Below, one piece after another: positions 1-9,134 of a stretch of 24,982 nt of DNA. Below the pieces are notes generated by a model. The model ran no database searches, had not been told where the DNA came from, and saw nothing but the letters and a program-made list of their open reading frames with translations. Origin of the DNA: Flavobacteriales bacterium (lineage in GTDB: Bacteria > Bacteroidota > Bacteroidia > Palsa-965). The stretch's first letter is position 1. Each line of letters opens with the position of its first letter. The stretch spans positions 1 to 24,982 of the forward strand of contig JBEIPA010000045.1 of NCBI GenBank assembly GCA_040377305.1, given 5' to 3'. The translations under genes were made by a program, and so were the position numbers.

Positions 1-280
1 CGCGTGCACCACCACCAGAACTGTGACTGCATCTGCCCGTTTTCATATTGTATTGATATCGATGAAGCGGACACACAATGCTCATTCCGTCTGATGTGAT
101 TGTTCCTTGCGAAAGCGAAAATCCGTTGTGCGGACATTTGTCTTCTATCGCAAAAAAACCTTGCGACGTTTTCATGAAGCACAATTTGCGCCCGGCTGCA
201 TAAGTAATTTCACCCACATTCTCCTCGAGTTGAGAAGCAGGAAATGAAAGTTTGATCCAACGGGTTTCTTTGCGGAACAT
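1..280 (-). CDS. Rieske [2Fe-2S] ferredoxin-like protein (3' end runs off the window)
   Basis: Not in the ORF track. Manual translation from ATG at 280 gives MFRKETRWIKL...FFAIEDKCPHNGFSLSQGTITSDGMSIVCPLHRYQYNMKTG, with Rieske ligands CxH and CxxH. The frame is open to the window edge, and a TAACTTTA -7-like motif lies just upstream. Confidence 0.88.
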   Translation of the reverse strand, partial: MFRKETRWIKLSFPASQLEENVGEITYAAGRKLCFMKTSQGFFAIEDKCPHNGFSLSQGTITSDGMSIVCPLHRYQYNMKTGRCSHSSGGGAR

Positions 281-360
281 GGAATAAAGTTACGTCATTG
301 GACGCTTTCATTGCTTCGGTTCGACGGGTCTATTGCTAAATGCACTATTGCACCAAGGCA

Positions 361-2232
361 CTATTCCAACGGAGAAAAAATCCGATTGTGCAACAACAAC
401 GCGTCCGTATTCGATGCAGGATCAATCCGCACGAGATGATCTATTACGACAGTCCGGTAAAACGGTGCTGCCATTACACGTTCGTTCTGATTTCCGCGAA
501 TGAAAATCACTTCCACGGCATCGTCACTTTGCGGTGAATAAATATTTGCAAGTGCAGATTCAAGATTTGCTGCATCGACGTGAATTCCATTGATGCTTAC
601 CATGCGATCGCCAGCCTGAAGTGTGAGGCGATTGGCTGGGTCTGCTTCCCGAACAAAAAATGCGTCGGCGTTCTCGTCGTAGTACAAACTTACCTTTCCA
701 AATGTGAGCATAGAATCTAAAGCGACCGGTGAGTACACCCAACCTATTTTGTCGAATAATTCAATGATTGGCAACTGTGTTTCACTACGGACGTATTTGG
801 AAAAGAATACTCCAAGATCCGGCGATATTTTCTTCACCAGATAACTCTCCAGAGAATCAGCGCAAAAACCGGTTGAGTCATTCAGTTCGAGTATCACTTC
901 GCGTAATCCGGTTGCACCACCCGATGCAGAAGTTACCGCGATGTCGAGCATGAAAGCGGTTAGCATCGCCTTCGCTTTGTATCGTTCTGCTTCCAACGGA
1001 TCGTGCATGGCTTTTGCCATTTCATCAGTCTGTTCCAGCGACTTCGTTTTAATCTTGTCATATAAACGAATCTTCGCGCTCACCGCATTCATGTATTCTT
1101 CTTCACTAACAACGGAATCGCGTAACTCGGCTTGCCACTTGAAATACGATTTGATTCCTTCGGCAATCCACCAGCATGTCGTAACCTGAGGTTTGAGAAA
1201 ATCGCCCGTGCAGCCCATCTGCGAACAGTCGAGCAACAACAAAGTCTTTAGAATATCGCCGGATGCTTCACGAACAACTGTGTTGATCAACTGATCTTCA
1301 TCGGCCGACTCCAGCAAATAGTACACTGCGGAATTTCTATGAGCAACTCCGCCAAACACTCCCTTCGTTCCTGCTTTGAAATCTTTTGGTGTAACGAGAT
1401 AGAACAACATCTTGTAATGGCGTGGGGGAATATCACCCATGAACGTTGTCATTGCAGCTACTTCTGCACCAATATATCTTCGGATCTGTCGCGCCGTAGC
1501 AATTCCTGTTTCAGAATACACCGCAATGTCGATGTACATGTTGTCTGATTGAAACCCACAGGTATCAGGCTTGCCGTAGTAAATCGGAAATTCAACCACA
1601 TCGGTATACGAATTCGCAGTGAACTCGTCTTTGTTTTGCAATTCGTCCAGGTCATTCAACCCGGTGAAAGCAGTAAGCGAGTTATCATGTGTGATCGTTA
1701 CGCGATATGGGACAGATCCGTAACCTTCGAAGTATCCGAACATGAAAGGTACATTGAGCAGGAATTGATTTCCACTGGAGAAATTCGTTCCGAGTGCATT
1801 TGGTACGTAGTTGTACTTGTCGTTATGGTAATCGCCACTTTCCCCTGGATCGAATGTATCATCGACCCAATAATCGATCTTTCGCAACGTCCGGCCTTTA
1901 CGAAGTTTAAGCAACACAACGTTTCCTCCATTTCGCTTTACGGCCTTAACGGGCATGCCTTGATCATCGAGCGCGTAGAATTCGTGAAGGAATTGTCCGG
2001 CATCTACTTTTCCACCAACGCCGGTAACGTATTGTGGCAAAACGTAACGAATGTGTCGTGACCGAATTGGAGGAGGCGCTACTGTGATATGGACGCGATC
2101 CTTCTCTTTCGATACATTGACGAGGTCGATTGTGACTTTGCATTCGTAACCAGCAACGGGTTGTTGAGCACTTACACACGTTACCGCGAAAGCAAAGACG
2201 AACGCAAGAAAATATGCGACGTGGGGTCTCAT
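361..2232 (-). CDS. Secreted M61 (glycyl aminopeptidase)-like protein with C-terminal PDZ domain; catalytic zinc motif degenerate
   Basis: Signal peptide from MRPHVAYFLAFVFAFAVTCVSA (ATG 2232 preferred over the ORF start at 2289). M61-like segments include IDYWVDDTFD, FGYFEG, FPIYYGKPD and WIAEGIKSYF. The PDZ-like segment is LQAGDRMVSINGIHV...VEVIFIRG. No HExxH is present. Confidence 0.75.
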   Translation of the reverse strand: MRPHVAYFLAFVFAFAVTCVSAQQPVAGYECKVTIDLVNVSKEKDRVHITVAPPPIRSRHIRYVLPQYVTGVGGKVDAGQFLHEFYALDDQGMPVKAVKRNGGNVVLLKLRKGRTLRKIDYWVDDTFDPGESGDYHNDKYNYVPNALGTNFSSGNQFLLNVPFMFGYFEGYGSVPYRVTITHDNSLTAFTGLNDLDELQNKDEFTANSYTDVVEFPIYYGKPDTCGFQSDNMYIDIAVYSETGIATARQIRRYIGAEVAAMTTFMGDIPPRHYKMLFYLVTPKDFKAGTKGVFGGVAHRNSAVYYLLESADEDQLINTVVREASGDILKTLLLLDCSQMGCTGDFLKPQVTTCWWIAEGIKSYFKWQAELRDSVVSEEEYMNAVSAKIRLYDKIKTKSLEQTDEMAKAMHDPLEAERYKAKAMLTAFMLDIAVTSASGGATGLREVILELNDSTGFCADSLESYLVKKISPDLGVFFSKYVRSETQLPIIELFDKIGWVYSPVALDSMLTFGKVSLYYDENADAFFVREADPANRLTLQAGDRMVSINGIHVDAANLESALANIYSPQSDDAVEVIFIRGNQNERVMAAPFYRTVVIDHLVRIDPASNTDALLLHNRIFSPLE

Positions 2233-2351
2233 TTTGGGGGCGAACAAAAATAGCCGAAAAAATCGCCCCCGTGCTCCGAATACGATCAACAGTGGACAAA
2301 TTATTGCCTTGTTATCAACAGTAAAGAGGAAGTGGGTGTGTCTGGAAGGGA

Positions 2352-4505
2352 CTACGCTTTCACTGGGAACTCCACGCCCATGACCACAATATCATCGATC
2401 TGCTCCAGTGAGCCTCTCCACGCGAGGTGTTCCCGCTCGAGTAAGCCTTTGTGCTCGTGAATAGGATAAGTCTGGATCTTCCGGAGGAATTCTATGAACT
2501 GTACGCGTTTGTATTTCTTCCCCAGCGGACCACCGAACTGGTCACTGTAACCGTCGGAGAACACGTACACGCGGTCTCCTTTTTGCAGCTGAATTTCCTG
2601 CCGAACGAATTTGCGCAACGCTTCGTCTTCGAAATTCCCAACCGGAAACTTATCGGCTTTGAGCTCTACAAGTTCACCGCCGCGCATGATCCACGCCGGA
2701 TTAAACGCACCCGCAAAGCGCAGCACTCCTGTTGCCATATTCAGACAGCACAGGGCAATGTCCATACCATCGCGGACTTTCGATTCATCCACACGCTGTC
2801 GCAGTGTCACCGATAAACGCGCATTCACGTCATTGAGAATATCGTTCGGTTCATGAAACCCGTGCTCGTTCACTGCTTGTGTGAGAAGATTGCTGCAAAC
2901 AATACTCACAAATGCACCGGGAACACCATGGCCCGTACAATCTACAGCAGCAAAGAGAAGCAAATCGCCTTTGCGCGCCATCCAGTAGAAATCGCCGCTT
3001 ACAATGTCCTTCGGTTTGTACAACACAAATCCGGACTTGCCGATAGTTGTTGCGAATTCAAGCTCAGGCAAAATTGCTTCCTGAATTCTTCTCGCATAAC
3101 GGATACTGTCGGTAATATCCTTGTTCTTGAGCTCGATTTCTTCGTTCGCTTCATTCAACGCTTCATTCTTCTTCTCGATTTCAATTTTCTGCGCGTTCAA
3201 TGCAACGTTCGCTCGTTTCCGGTCTGTTGATTGTCGCCAGATGAAGAAAATGATGACGATGAAAAGTATTCCACCGATTACGGAAGACCAGACGATGAGA
3301 TCCTTTTGAGCCTGAGTTACGCGTGTTTCAGCTTCGTATTTTTCTACATCGTATTGTGCCTGCATCTCAGCAATACCATCCTTCATATCCTGATTGAAAA
3401 TGGAATCTTTGACCTCGGTGTATCGCTTATAGTACTCCAGTGCTTTCTCCACATCGTCTTTACGTACATAAGCCTCATGCAAGGACTCATAGAAAAAAAG
3501 CTGAAGGTCTACAGCCTGAATTTCCTTTGCAAGTTCAAGTGCGCGCAGAAAATATTCTATCGCTTTGTCAGCATTGTCCTGCATTAAACTCACTGCACCC
3601 AAGTTGTAAAGCGTACTACTCTGACCTCTGCGATCACCTAACTTCTTTCGTATGTCCAGTGAAGAGAGGTAGTATACAGTCGCTGTGTCGTAGTAAGTAA
3701 GCACCAAAAGAGAGTCCATGGTGGAGTCTGCGTTCATTGCCATATTCCAATAGCAACTTCCCATGTTATTTAGAACTTTCGCAAGCGCGTAATCATCGTT
3801 GATTCGTTCATTGATTGCCATCGCCTGCCGGCAGTAGACCAAAGCAGTATCGAATACACCTTTATCCTGATACACAATGGACAAATTATTTAGACAACTC
3901 GATTCCAATTTGGGATCAGGAATAGTACGGCAAAGGATCAAAGCATTCTCGTAATCTTTGGCAGCTCGCGTGAAATTTTCAAGCAAACGAAAAACATTCC
4001 CCGAAACAATCAGGGAACGCGCCATTCCCCTTTTGTCATTCAGCGCATCAAAAAGCTTGAATGCATCCAGGCTTGCTGTCAACGCCTGATCATAAGAGCC
4101 TGCATCGTTGTATGCATTTCCTTCATTGATTAGCAAATCACCAACTTCAGCGTTCGTGCCAACTTTTCGCATTAAGGTAACAGACTCGTCAAAGCAGGCA
4201 ATGGCGTTAGTCATGTCACCCGTTTGTGCATATGCCTTGCCCATCGCGAGCAACGCATTCGCCTCTTTCTTCTCATCCCCAAACTGAACAGCGATCATTC
4301 TTGCTTCCGTTGCTGGTTCAATAGCTTTTCGAGCTGAGAATTTCAGATAAGCATCACTCGTTAGTAAGAGAAGAGAGATTCGGGCCGAATCAGTTTTCTG
4401 CGCGAGAATTGGTTTAATACTATCAATGGTCGATTGCTGAGCCAGCAGAGAAGTGGCCAGGAATATCGGGAGACATAATAGAAATCTGCGTACAATTAGC
4501 AGCAT
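2352..4505 (-). CDS. Membrane-anchored TPR-repeat sensor fused to SpoIIE/PP2C-type Ser/Thr phosphatase
   Basis: Signal peptide, multiple TPR-like repeats (e.g. SSCLNNLSIVYQDKGVFDTALVYCRQAM), a TM helix (IVWSSVIGGILFIVIIFFIW), a coiled coil, then PP2C motifs VSGDFY, VDCTGHGVPGA, DGMD, FSDGYSDQFGG and IDDIVVMG. Confidence 0.9.
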   Translation of the reverse strand: MLLIVRRFLLCLPIFLATSLLAQQSTIDSIKPILAQKTDSARISLLLLTSDAYLKFSARKAIEPATEARMIAVQFGDEKKEANALLAMGKAYAQTGDMTNAIACFDESVTLMRKVGTNAEVGDLLINEGNAYNDAGSYDQALTASLDAFKLFDALNDKRGMARSLIVSGNVFRLLENFTRAAKDYENALILCRTIPDPKLESSCLNNLSIVYQDKGVFDTALVYCRQAMAINERINDDYALAKVLNNMGSCYWNMAMNADSTMDSLLVLTYYDTATVYYLSSLDIRKKLGDRRGQSSTLYNLGAVSLMQDNADKAIEYFLRALELAKEIQAVDLQLFFYESLHEAYVRKDDVEKALEYYKRYTEVKDSIFNQDMKDGIAEMQAQYDVEKYEAETRVTQAQKDLIVWSSVIGGILFIVIIFFIWRQSTDRKRANVALNAQKIEIEKKNEALNEANEEIELKNKDITDSIRYARRIQEAILPELEFATTIGKSGFVLYKPKDIVSGDFYWMARKGDLLLFAAVDCTGHGVPGAFVSIVCSNLLTQAVNEHGFHEPNDILNDVNARLSVTLRQRVDESKVRDGMDIALCCLNMATGVLRFAGAFNPAWIMRGGELVELKADKFPVGNFEDEALRKFVRQEIQLQKGDRVYVFSDGYSDQFGGPLGKKYKRVQFIEFLRKIQTYPIHEHKGLLEREHLAWRGSLEQIDDIVVMGVEFPVKA

Positions 4506-4532
4506 ACACAGCGGTTAGCACCCGAATATACG

Positions 4533-4559
4533 AAAACAGGCGGGTGATGCCCGCCTGTC
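4533..4559 (-). terminator. Probable intrinsic terminator of the 4579-4971 gene
   Basis: 9-bp stem ACAGGCGGG/CCCGCCTGT followed by TTT on the minus strand, about 20 nt after the stop codon. Confidence 0.6.
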
Positions 4560-4578
4560 TCTATGGAAATGTATCTTA

Positions 4579-4971
4579 TTATTCGACTACTTCGCTCAAA
4601 TTAACGGCGAGTTCTTTACCCTGAACACAGATGAGGCTGTAACGAACGACATCCCCAACTTCAATTCCTGTTTCAGTACTGAGTGGTTGAAAGAAGGGAA
4701 CTTGTTTTTGAGACTGACGCTCTTCGAGAACACCGTTACCTGTTGCATCAACAGCAATCACAGTACCGGCTGTAATCCGCTCCACATTAACTGCTGTTGG
4801 AGGTGTTCCAGCTTTTACTGTTACGAGTTCGTATTTCACTTTGTCGCCCACATTGAGACAGAGCTCCGCGTGGTTCGGTTGTAAAAAACTGTACTCAACA
4901 GTGCCTCTGTTGTCTGTAATGATACCGCCAGTACCGTTATTGATTACTTTGATCTTACCTTTCTCAGCCAT
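4579..4971 (-). CDS. Hypothetical protein with two tandem cold-shock-domain (OB-fold)-like repeats
   Basis: Two halves of about 63 aa each follow the CSD skeleton G-x-(I/V)...G-x-I/L...L/I-x-VGD-x-V-x-Y-x-L...AVN(V/L). The gene has its own TATATTCG -7-like motif (about 5017-5024, minus strand) and its own terminator. Confidence 0.6.
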   Translation of the reverse strand: MAEKGKIKVINNGTGGIITDNRGTVEYSFLQPNHAELCLNVGDKVKYELVTVKAGTPPTAVNVERITAGTVIAVDATGNGVLEERQSQKQVPFFQPLSTETGIEVGDVVRYSLICVQGKELAVNLSEVVE

Positions 4972-5046
4972 AACTATGTTTTTTTGGTTAGTGTTTTTTT
5001 GGTGTAGAGTTACCCAACGAATATAAAAAATTCGTCCAAAAACCTC

Positions 5047-5991
5047 CTAATGACTTGACAGATATTTCAGAATATTTTGTTCGGCCCGCTTTTCAACATC
5101 CGCTGCTTCAACACGCTGAAACTTCATGCCGGTTACGTGCTCATACAATTCGATATAACGATCGGAAACCATTTTCACGAATTCGTCGGTCATTTCAGGA
5201 ACCTGCTGACCTTCTTTGCCCATGAAACCGTTTTCAATCAACCATTCACGAACGAATTCTTTTGAAAGCTGGCGCTGTGCTTCACCTTTTGACTGACGCT
5301 CTTCGTAACCTTCTTTGTAGAAATATCGTGAAGAATCAGGTGTGTGAATTTCGTCCATCAGGTAAATCTGTCCGTCTGCGATTCCGAATTCATACTTTGT
5401 ATCTACAAGTATCAACCCTCGCTCCGCAGCGAGTTCAGTTCCGCGCTGGAACAAAGCACGTGTATACTTTTCAAGCTGCACGTAATGTTCTTCTGAAACA
5501 AGTCCGCTTGAAATAATCTCCTCGCGTGAAATGTCTTCATCATGTCCAACTTCAGCTTTTGTAGTTGGCGTAATCAAAGGCTCAGGGAACTTGTCGTTCT
5601 CTTTCATTCCTTCAGGCATTGCCACACCGCAAACCGAACGCTTTCCTGATTTATACTCGCGCCATGCGTGTCCGCTCATATAACCACGGATGACCATTTC
5701 AACTTTGAATGGCTCACAACGTTTTCCAATTGTTACGTTCGCATCAGGAACCGCTAAAACCCAGTTCGGCACAATGTCTTTTGTCTTTTCCAGAAAATGT
5801 GCTGCAACCTGATTAAGCACTTGTCCTTTGTAAGGAATTCCGCGTGGCAATACCACATCGAATGCGGAAATACGATCAGACACAACCATTACAAGTAGGC
5901 CATTGTCGAGTGTATACACATCGCGCACTTTGCCTTTGTAATACTTCGTTTGTCCGGGAAGATTGTAATTAGTTTTTGTCAGGGCGTTCAT
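5047..5991 (-). CDS. purC: Phosphoribosylaminoimidazole-succinocarboxamide (SAICAR) synthase
   Basis: Motifs [42 protein letters not shown] and [13 protein letters not shown] 5991 (MNALTKT) is the likely start and overlaps the phoH 3' end by 23 nt. Confidence 0.97.
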   Translation of the reverse strand: MNALTKTNYNLPGQTKYYKGKVRDVYTLDNGLLVMVVSDRISAFDVVLPRGIPYKGQVLNQVAAHFLEKTKDIVPNWVLAVPDANVTIGKRCEPFKVEMVIRGYMSGHAWREYKSGKRSVCGVAMPEGMKENDKFPEPLITPTTKAEVGHDEDISREEIISSGLVSEEHYVQLEKYTRALFQRGTELAAERGLILVDTKYEFGIADGQIYLMDEIHTPDSSRYFYKEGYEERQSKGEAQRQLSKEFVREWLIENGFMGKEGQQVPEMTDEFVKMVSDRYIELYEHVTGMKFQRVEAADVEKRAEQNILKYLSSH

Positions 5992-6931
5992 TGCTTGCGT
6001 TATCATAAGCTTCAATTAATTTTTTTACGAGTTTGTGTCGGATCACATCACGGTTGTCGAGCATGACGAACTCAATGCCTTCCGTTTCTTTCAGCAAACG
6101 CATAGCTTGCAAAAGTCCGCTTGGCTGGTTCCGCGGCAAGTCGATTTGGGTGACGTCTCCGGTGATTACGAATTTAGCAGATGGACCCATTCGCGTGAGG
6201 AACATTTTCAACTGACTTTCCGTCGCGTTCTGGGCTTCATCAAGAATTACAAATGCATTATCGAGTGTACGTCCGCGCATAAATGCGAGTGGCGCAATCT
6301 GAATAATGTTATTCTCCATGTAATTATGCAGTTTGTCGGCAGGAATCATTTCATGCAAAGCATCGTAAAGCGGCTGCAGATACGGATCCAGTTTTTCTTT
6401 CAGATCGCCGGGAAGAAAACCGAGGTTCTCACCCGCTTCCACAGCCGGACGAGTCAGAACAATCTTTCGGACTTCCCGATTACGTAAAGCGCGAACTGCC
6501 AATGCCACTGCTGTGTAGGTTTTGCCCGTTCCCGCAGGACCGATGGCAAAAACCATATCGCTTTTGTTGCAGGCATCCACCAAACGAACTTGTCCCGGTG
6601 TACGTGCGCGAACAATTAACCCGTGATTTCCGTGAACGAGAACGTCATTTGATTCACCTTCCGGCTTTTCACCAATCTGATCGCCCGACATCAGGTGTTC
6701 AATGTTGGCTTCCGTCAGGCTTCCGTACTTGTTGAAATGCCCGATGAACATATTGATCGTGGTCTCAAAGCGTGAAATTTCCTCCGTATCCCCAAGAATG
6801 CGAATGGTATCTCCACGAGCTATAAGCTTCAGCTTTGGAAAGTAACCGCGTAACTTTTCAAGTTTGGAATCGTTCACCCCGTAAATTACAATCGGGTCAA
6901 CTGCATTAATTGTGATCGTAGCTTCTGCCAC
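5969..6931 (-). CDS. phoH: PhoH-family ATPase
   Basis: Motifs GPAGTGKT (Walker A), [36 protein letters not shown] and [12 protein letters not shown] at 6931 is the likely start. Confidence 0.95.
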   Translation of the reverse strand: MAEATITINAVDPIVIYGVNDSKLEKLRGYFPKLKLIARGDTIRILGDTEEISRFETTINMFIGHFNKYGSLTEANIEHLMSGDQIGEKPEGESNDVLVHGNHGLIVRARTPGQVRLVDACNKSDMVFAIGPAGTGKTYTAVALAVRALRNREVRKIVLTRPAVEAGENLGFLPGDLKEKLDPYLQPLYDALHEMIPADKLHNYMENNIIQIAPLAFMRGRTLDNAFVILDEAQNATESQLKMFLTRMGPSAKFVITGDVTQIDLPRNQPSGLLQAMRLLKETEGIEFVMLDNRDVIRHKLVKKLIEAYDNASNERPDKN

Positions 6932-6993
6932 CTTTGAGCATCTGATAGTGAACAACTTCGTCGCCGGCTAATTCGGTGCTGCCAAGCGATCCT

Positions 6994-7039
6994 TAATTTT
7001 GTACGCAAATTAAGCACCTTTCTGCTATCCGCAAAGGTA
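6994..7039. promoter_or_regulatory. Pair of face-to-face Bacteroidota -7 promoter elements (phoH on minus, DUF62 gene on plus)
   Basis: TAATTTTG at 6994-7001 (+) and TACCTTTG at 7039-7032 (-), both exact matches to the TAnnTTTG consensus. Confidence 0.55.
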
Positions 7040-7045
7040 ACCACA

Positions 7046-7816
7046 ATGGCGATAGTTACGCTTACTTCAGACTTCGGATTGAAAGATCATTTTGTAGCGG
7101 CGCTCAAGGGCGCACTTCTGTCTGCGATCCCGAATGTGAACATAGTCGACATCTCCCATTCCATCTCACCATTTGATCTTCAGCAAGCTGCGTTCACTTT
7201 AGGACACGCCTGGAAACAATTTCCGGTCGGAACCATTCACGTGGTGTGTGTAGGACCTTCACCAACAACACGTTTCAATCATATCGCGTTCAGGCTCAAC
7301 GGACAGTATTTCATCGGATCGAACAACGGAATATTCTCACTTTTCAGTGAAGAACAACCCGATTCAATCATAGAAATTTCCAAAGCCGGAGATGAACCAT
7401 CGTCGTTCACCGCACTTGATGTGTATGTTCCGTTCGCCGCTGCAATTGCGAGTGGATTAGCGCTGGAAACGCTCGGTGAAAAAATAGGTGGTGTGGCTCA
7501 ACTTATTCGTCCACGGCATTTACCGGAAGATGATGTGATCAAAGGGAATATCGTCTATATCGACAGCTTTGGGAATCTGGTGACAGATATCAACAAAGGT
7601 GAATTCGAACGCGTTGGACGTGGGAGAAGTTTTTCGATCGTGTTGATAGGCGATGAAATCACTTCCATCGTGAAGAGATATTCCGATGTAGATGAAGGTG
7701 ATAAGCTTGCTTTATTCAATGCCGAAAACCTGTTGGAAATTGCAATAAATCAGGGGAAGGCAAATCAATTGCTGAACTTAAGAGTGAATACCGTTATCAG
7801 AATCACGTTCAGTTAA
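7046..7816 (+). CDS. DUF62 / SAM hydroxide adenosyltransferase (chlorinase/fluorinase-fold) family protein
   Basis: Motifs IVTLTSDFGLKDHFVAALKG, VDISHSISPF, FPVGTIH, YIDSFGNLVTDI and LLEIAINQG. The position divergent from phoH is typical of Bacteroidota. Confidence 0.9.
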   Translation: MAIVTLTSDFGLKDHFVAALKGALLSAIPNVNIVDISHSISPFDLQQAAFTLGHAWKQFPVGTIHVVCVGPSPTTRFNHIAFRLNGQYFIGSNNGIFSLFSEEQPDSIIEISKAGDEPSSFTALDVYVPFAAAIASGLALETLGEKIGGVAQLIRPRHLPEDDVIKGNIVYIDSFGNLVTDINKGEFERVGRGRSFSIVLIGDEITSIVKRYSDVDEGDKLALFNAENLLEIAINQGKANQLLNLRVNTVIRITFS

Positions 7817-7837
7817 TACACGGCAAATTATTCTCAC

Positions 7838-8119
7838 ATGATCACGCGGGTTGTAAAAATGGTTTTCCGTTCGGATGCAAAAGAAGAATTCCTCGCTGTT
7901 TTCAACGCGAACAAGCAATTCATCGCAGGATTTGAAGGTTGCCAATCGTTGCAACTTCTCCATGAAAAATCGCGACCGGAAGTGTTCTTTACGTTATCTG
8001 TTTGGGAATCTGAAGATCATCTCAATCGCTATCGCGACAGCAAATTGTTTGGGGAGGTTTGGGGAAAGACGAAGGTGATGTTTGCTGAAAAGCCAGAAGC
8101 CTGGACGTTAACCACATAG
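7838..8119 (+). CDS. Antibiotic biosynthesis monooxygenase (ABM) family protein
   Basis: 93 aa with the pattern MITRVVKMVF...FEGCQSLQL...FFTLSVWESEDHLNRYRDS, directly downstream of the DUF62 gene. Confidence 0.85.
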   Translation: MITRVVKMVFRSDAKEEFLAVFNANKQFIAGFEGCQSLQLLHEKSRPEVFFTLSVWESEDHLNRYRDSKLFGEVWGKTKVMFAEKPEAWTLTT

Positions 8120-8165
8120 AAGCATAGTTGACGCAAGGTCTAAGGCGCTGCGCGAACATAGTTAA

Positions 8166-8199
8166 CACGAGAAATATCGCTAAGCGATATTCTCTTGTG
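8166..8199. terminator. Hairpin between convergent genes, possibly a bidirectional terminator
   Basis: GAGAAATATCGC-TAA-GCGATATTCTC imperfect stem between the ABM and birA stop codons. There is no clear U tract. Confidence 0.35.
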
Positions 8200-8253
8200 A
8201 GCTATGTAATTCTTGAGAGTCAAAAGGCAATAACGGGCTATGATTCTATGTGG

Positions 8254-9024
8254 TTACCCGATCCAGCCGATTTCTTTCATCCCAAACTTCCGGTCATTTC
8301 CATGCGCGTCTTTCAGCACAAGAAGTCCTTCTTTGGTGACATCCGTAATGGTTGCTTCGAAGATGTTTGTAAAATCGGTGAAGCGTGTTAAGGTTCCAGC
8401 TTTAAATAAACGGGCAAAATATTCTTTCGCAATTTTCTCAGTCGCGTTGTTCCGCAATTGCAGATAACGAACTTCTATTGCTGCGCAGATCATTTTGAGA
8501 ATGCCATCTACTTCATACGTTTGGCCGGTAATTTTATGAAGAGATGTTGCAGTTGAGCCTCCCGAAAGAAATTCTGTTTGATTCACATTGAAACCAATTC
8601 CGACCACCGAATAGTTGATCTGGCTTCCACTGAGAATATTTTCTATCAGAATCCCGGCGATCTTACCATCGTTTACAAAGACATCATTCGGCCATTTTAT
8701 TCTGACTTCGTGCTGCTCAAGCAAGTCCTGAAGAACGTCCGTGAGCGCTAAAGAGATGGCGCGCGTGAGATCAAACTGTTTTGTTGGATCCAGAAAAGTG
8801 GGACGAAGCACCACACTACAGGTAACATTTTGCCCCGGCTGAGATTCCCAGGAATTGCCTCTTTGCCCCTTACCACGCGTCTGCTTAGTCGTTGTAATGA
8901 CAGCACCTTCCTCCAATGGCATTCCCTTGAGCAAGCCCATAGCGAAATTATTGGTCGAATCGACTTGATCGAGCCTTATAACGCGCTGTCCTACAAACAA
9001 AGTAGATGAACTTTCTCCGCTCAT
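8254..9024 (-). CDS. birA: Biotin--[acetyl-CoA-carboxylase] ligase (monofunctional, no N-terminal HTH)
   Basis: Motifs DSTN, QTRGKGQRGNSW, IKWPND, KIAGILIE and GIGFNVNQ. Confidence 0.95.
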   Translation of the reverse strand: MSGESSSTLFVGQRVIRLDQVDSTNNFAMGLLKGMPLEEGAVITTTKQTRGKGQRGNSWESQPGQNVTCSVVLRPTFLDPTKQFDLTRAISLALTDVLQDLLEQHEVRIKWPNDVFVNDGKIAGILIENILSGSQINYSVVGIGFNVNQTEFLSGGSTATSLHKITGQTYEVDGILKMICAAIEVRYLQLRNNATEKIAKEYFARLFKAGTLTRFTDFTNIFEATITDVTKEGLLVLKDAHGNDRKFGMKEIGWIG

Positions 9025-9031
9025 TTTTGAT

Positions 9032-9039
9032 TACCTTTG
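9032..9039 (+). promoter_or_regulatory. Bacteroidota -7 promoter element for rsfS-ftsH
   Basis: TACCTTTG, an exact TAnnTTTG match, about 95 nt upstream of the rsfS ATG. Confidence 0.55.
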
Positions 9040-9134
9040 CACAATTAAAATGAAGTCTAAAATTACGCATTTGTTTGGCTGAGGAAATTCGCCAGAAGAA
9101 GTGCCCCAGCAACGGTTAACCCCGATTAGTACTA

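Noticed and set aside
2352-4505. TPR-SpoIIE fusion as a novel system
   Set aside because: This architecture is common and often multicopy in Bacteroidota, and all PP2C motifs are ordinary.
7046-7816. True fluorinase or chlorinase
   Set aside because: Only the shared fold is evident. The context is housekeeping, no halometabolite cluster is present, and no halogenase-specific features were recognisable.
8128-8467. ORFs 8128-8391 and 8240-8467
   Set aside because: They overlap birA antisense and show no recognisable motifs.
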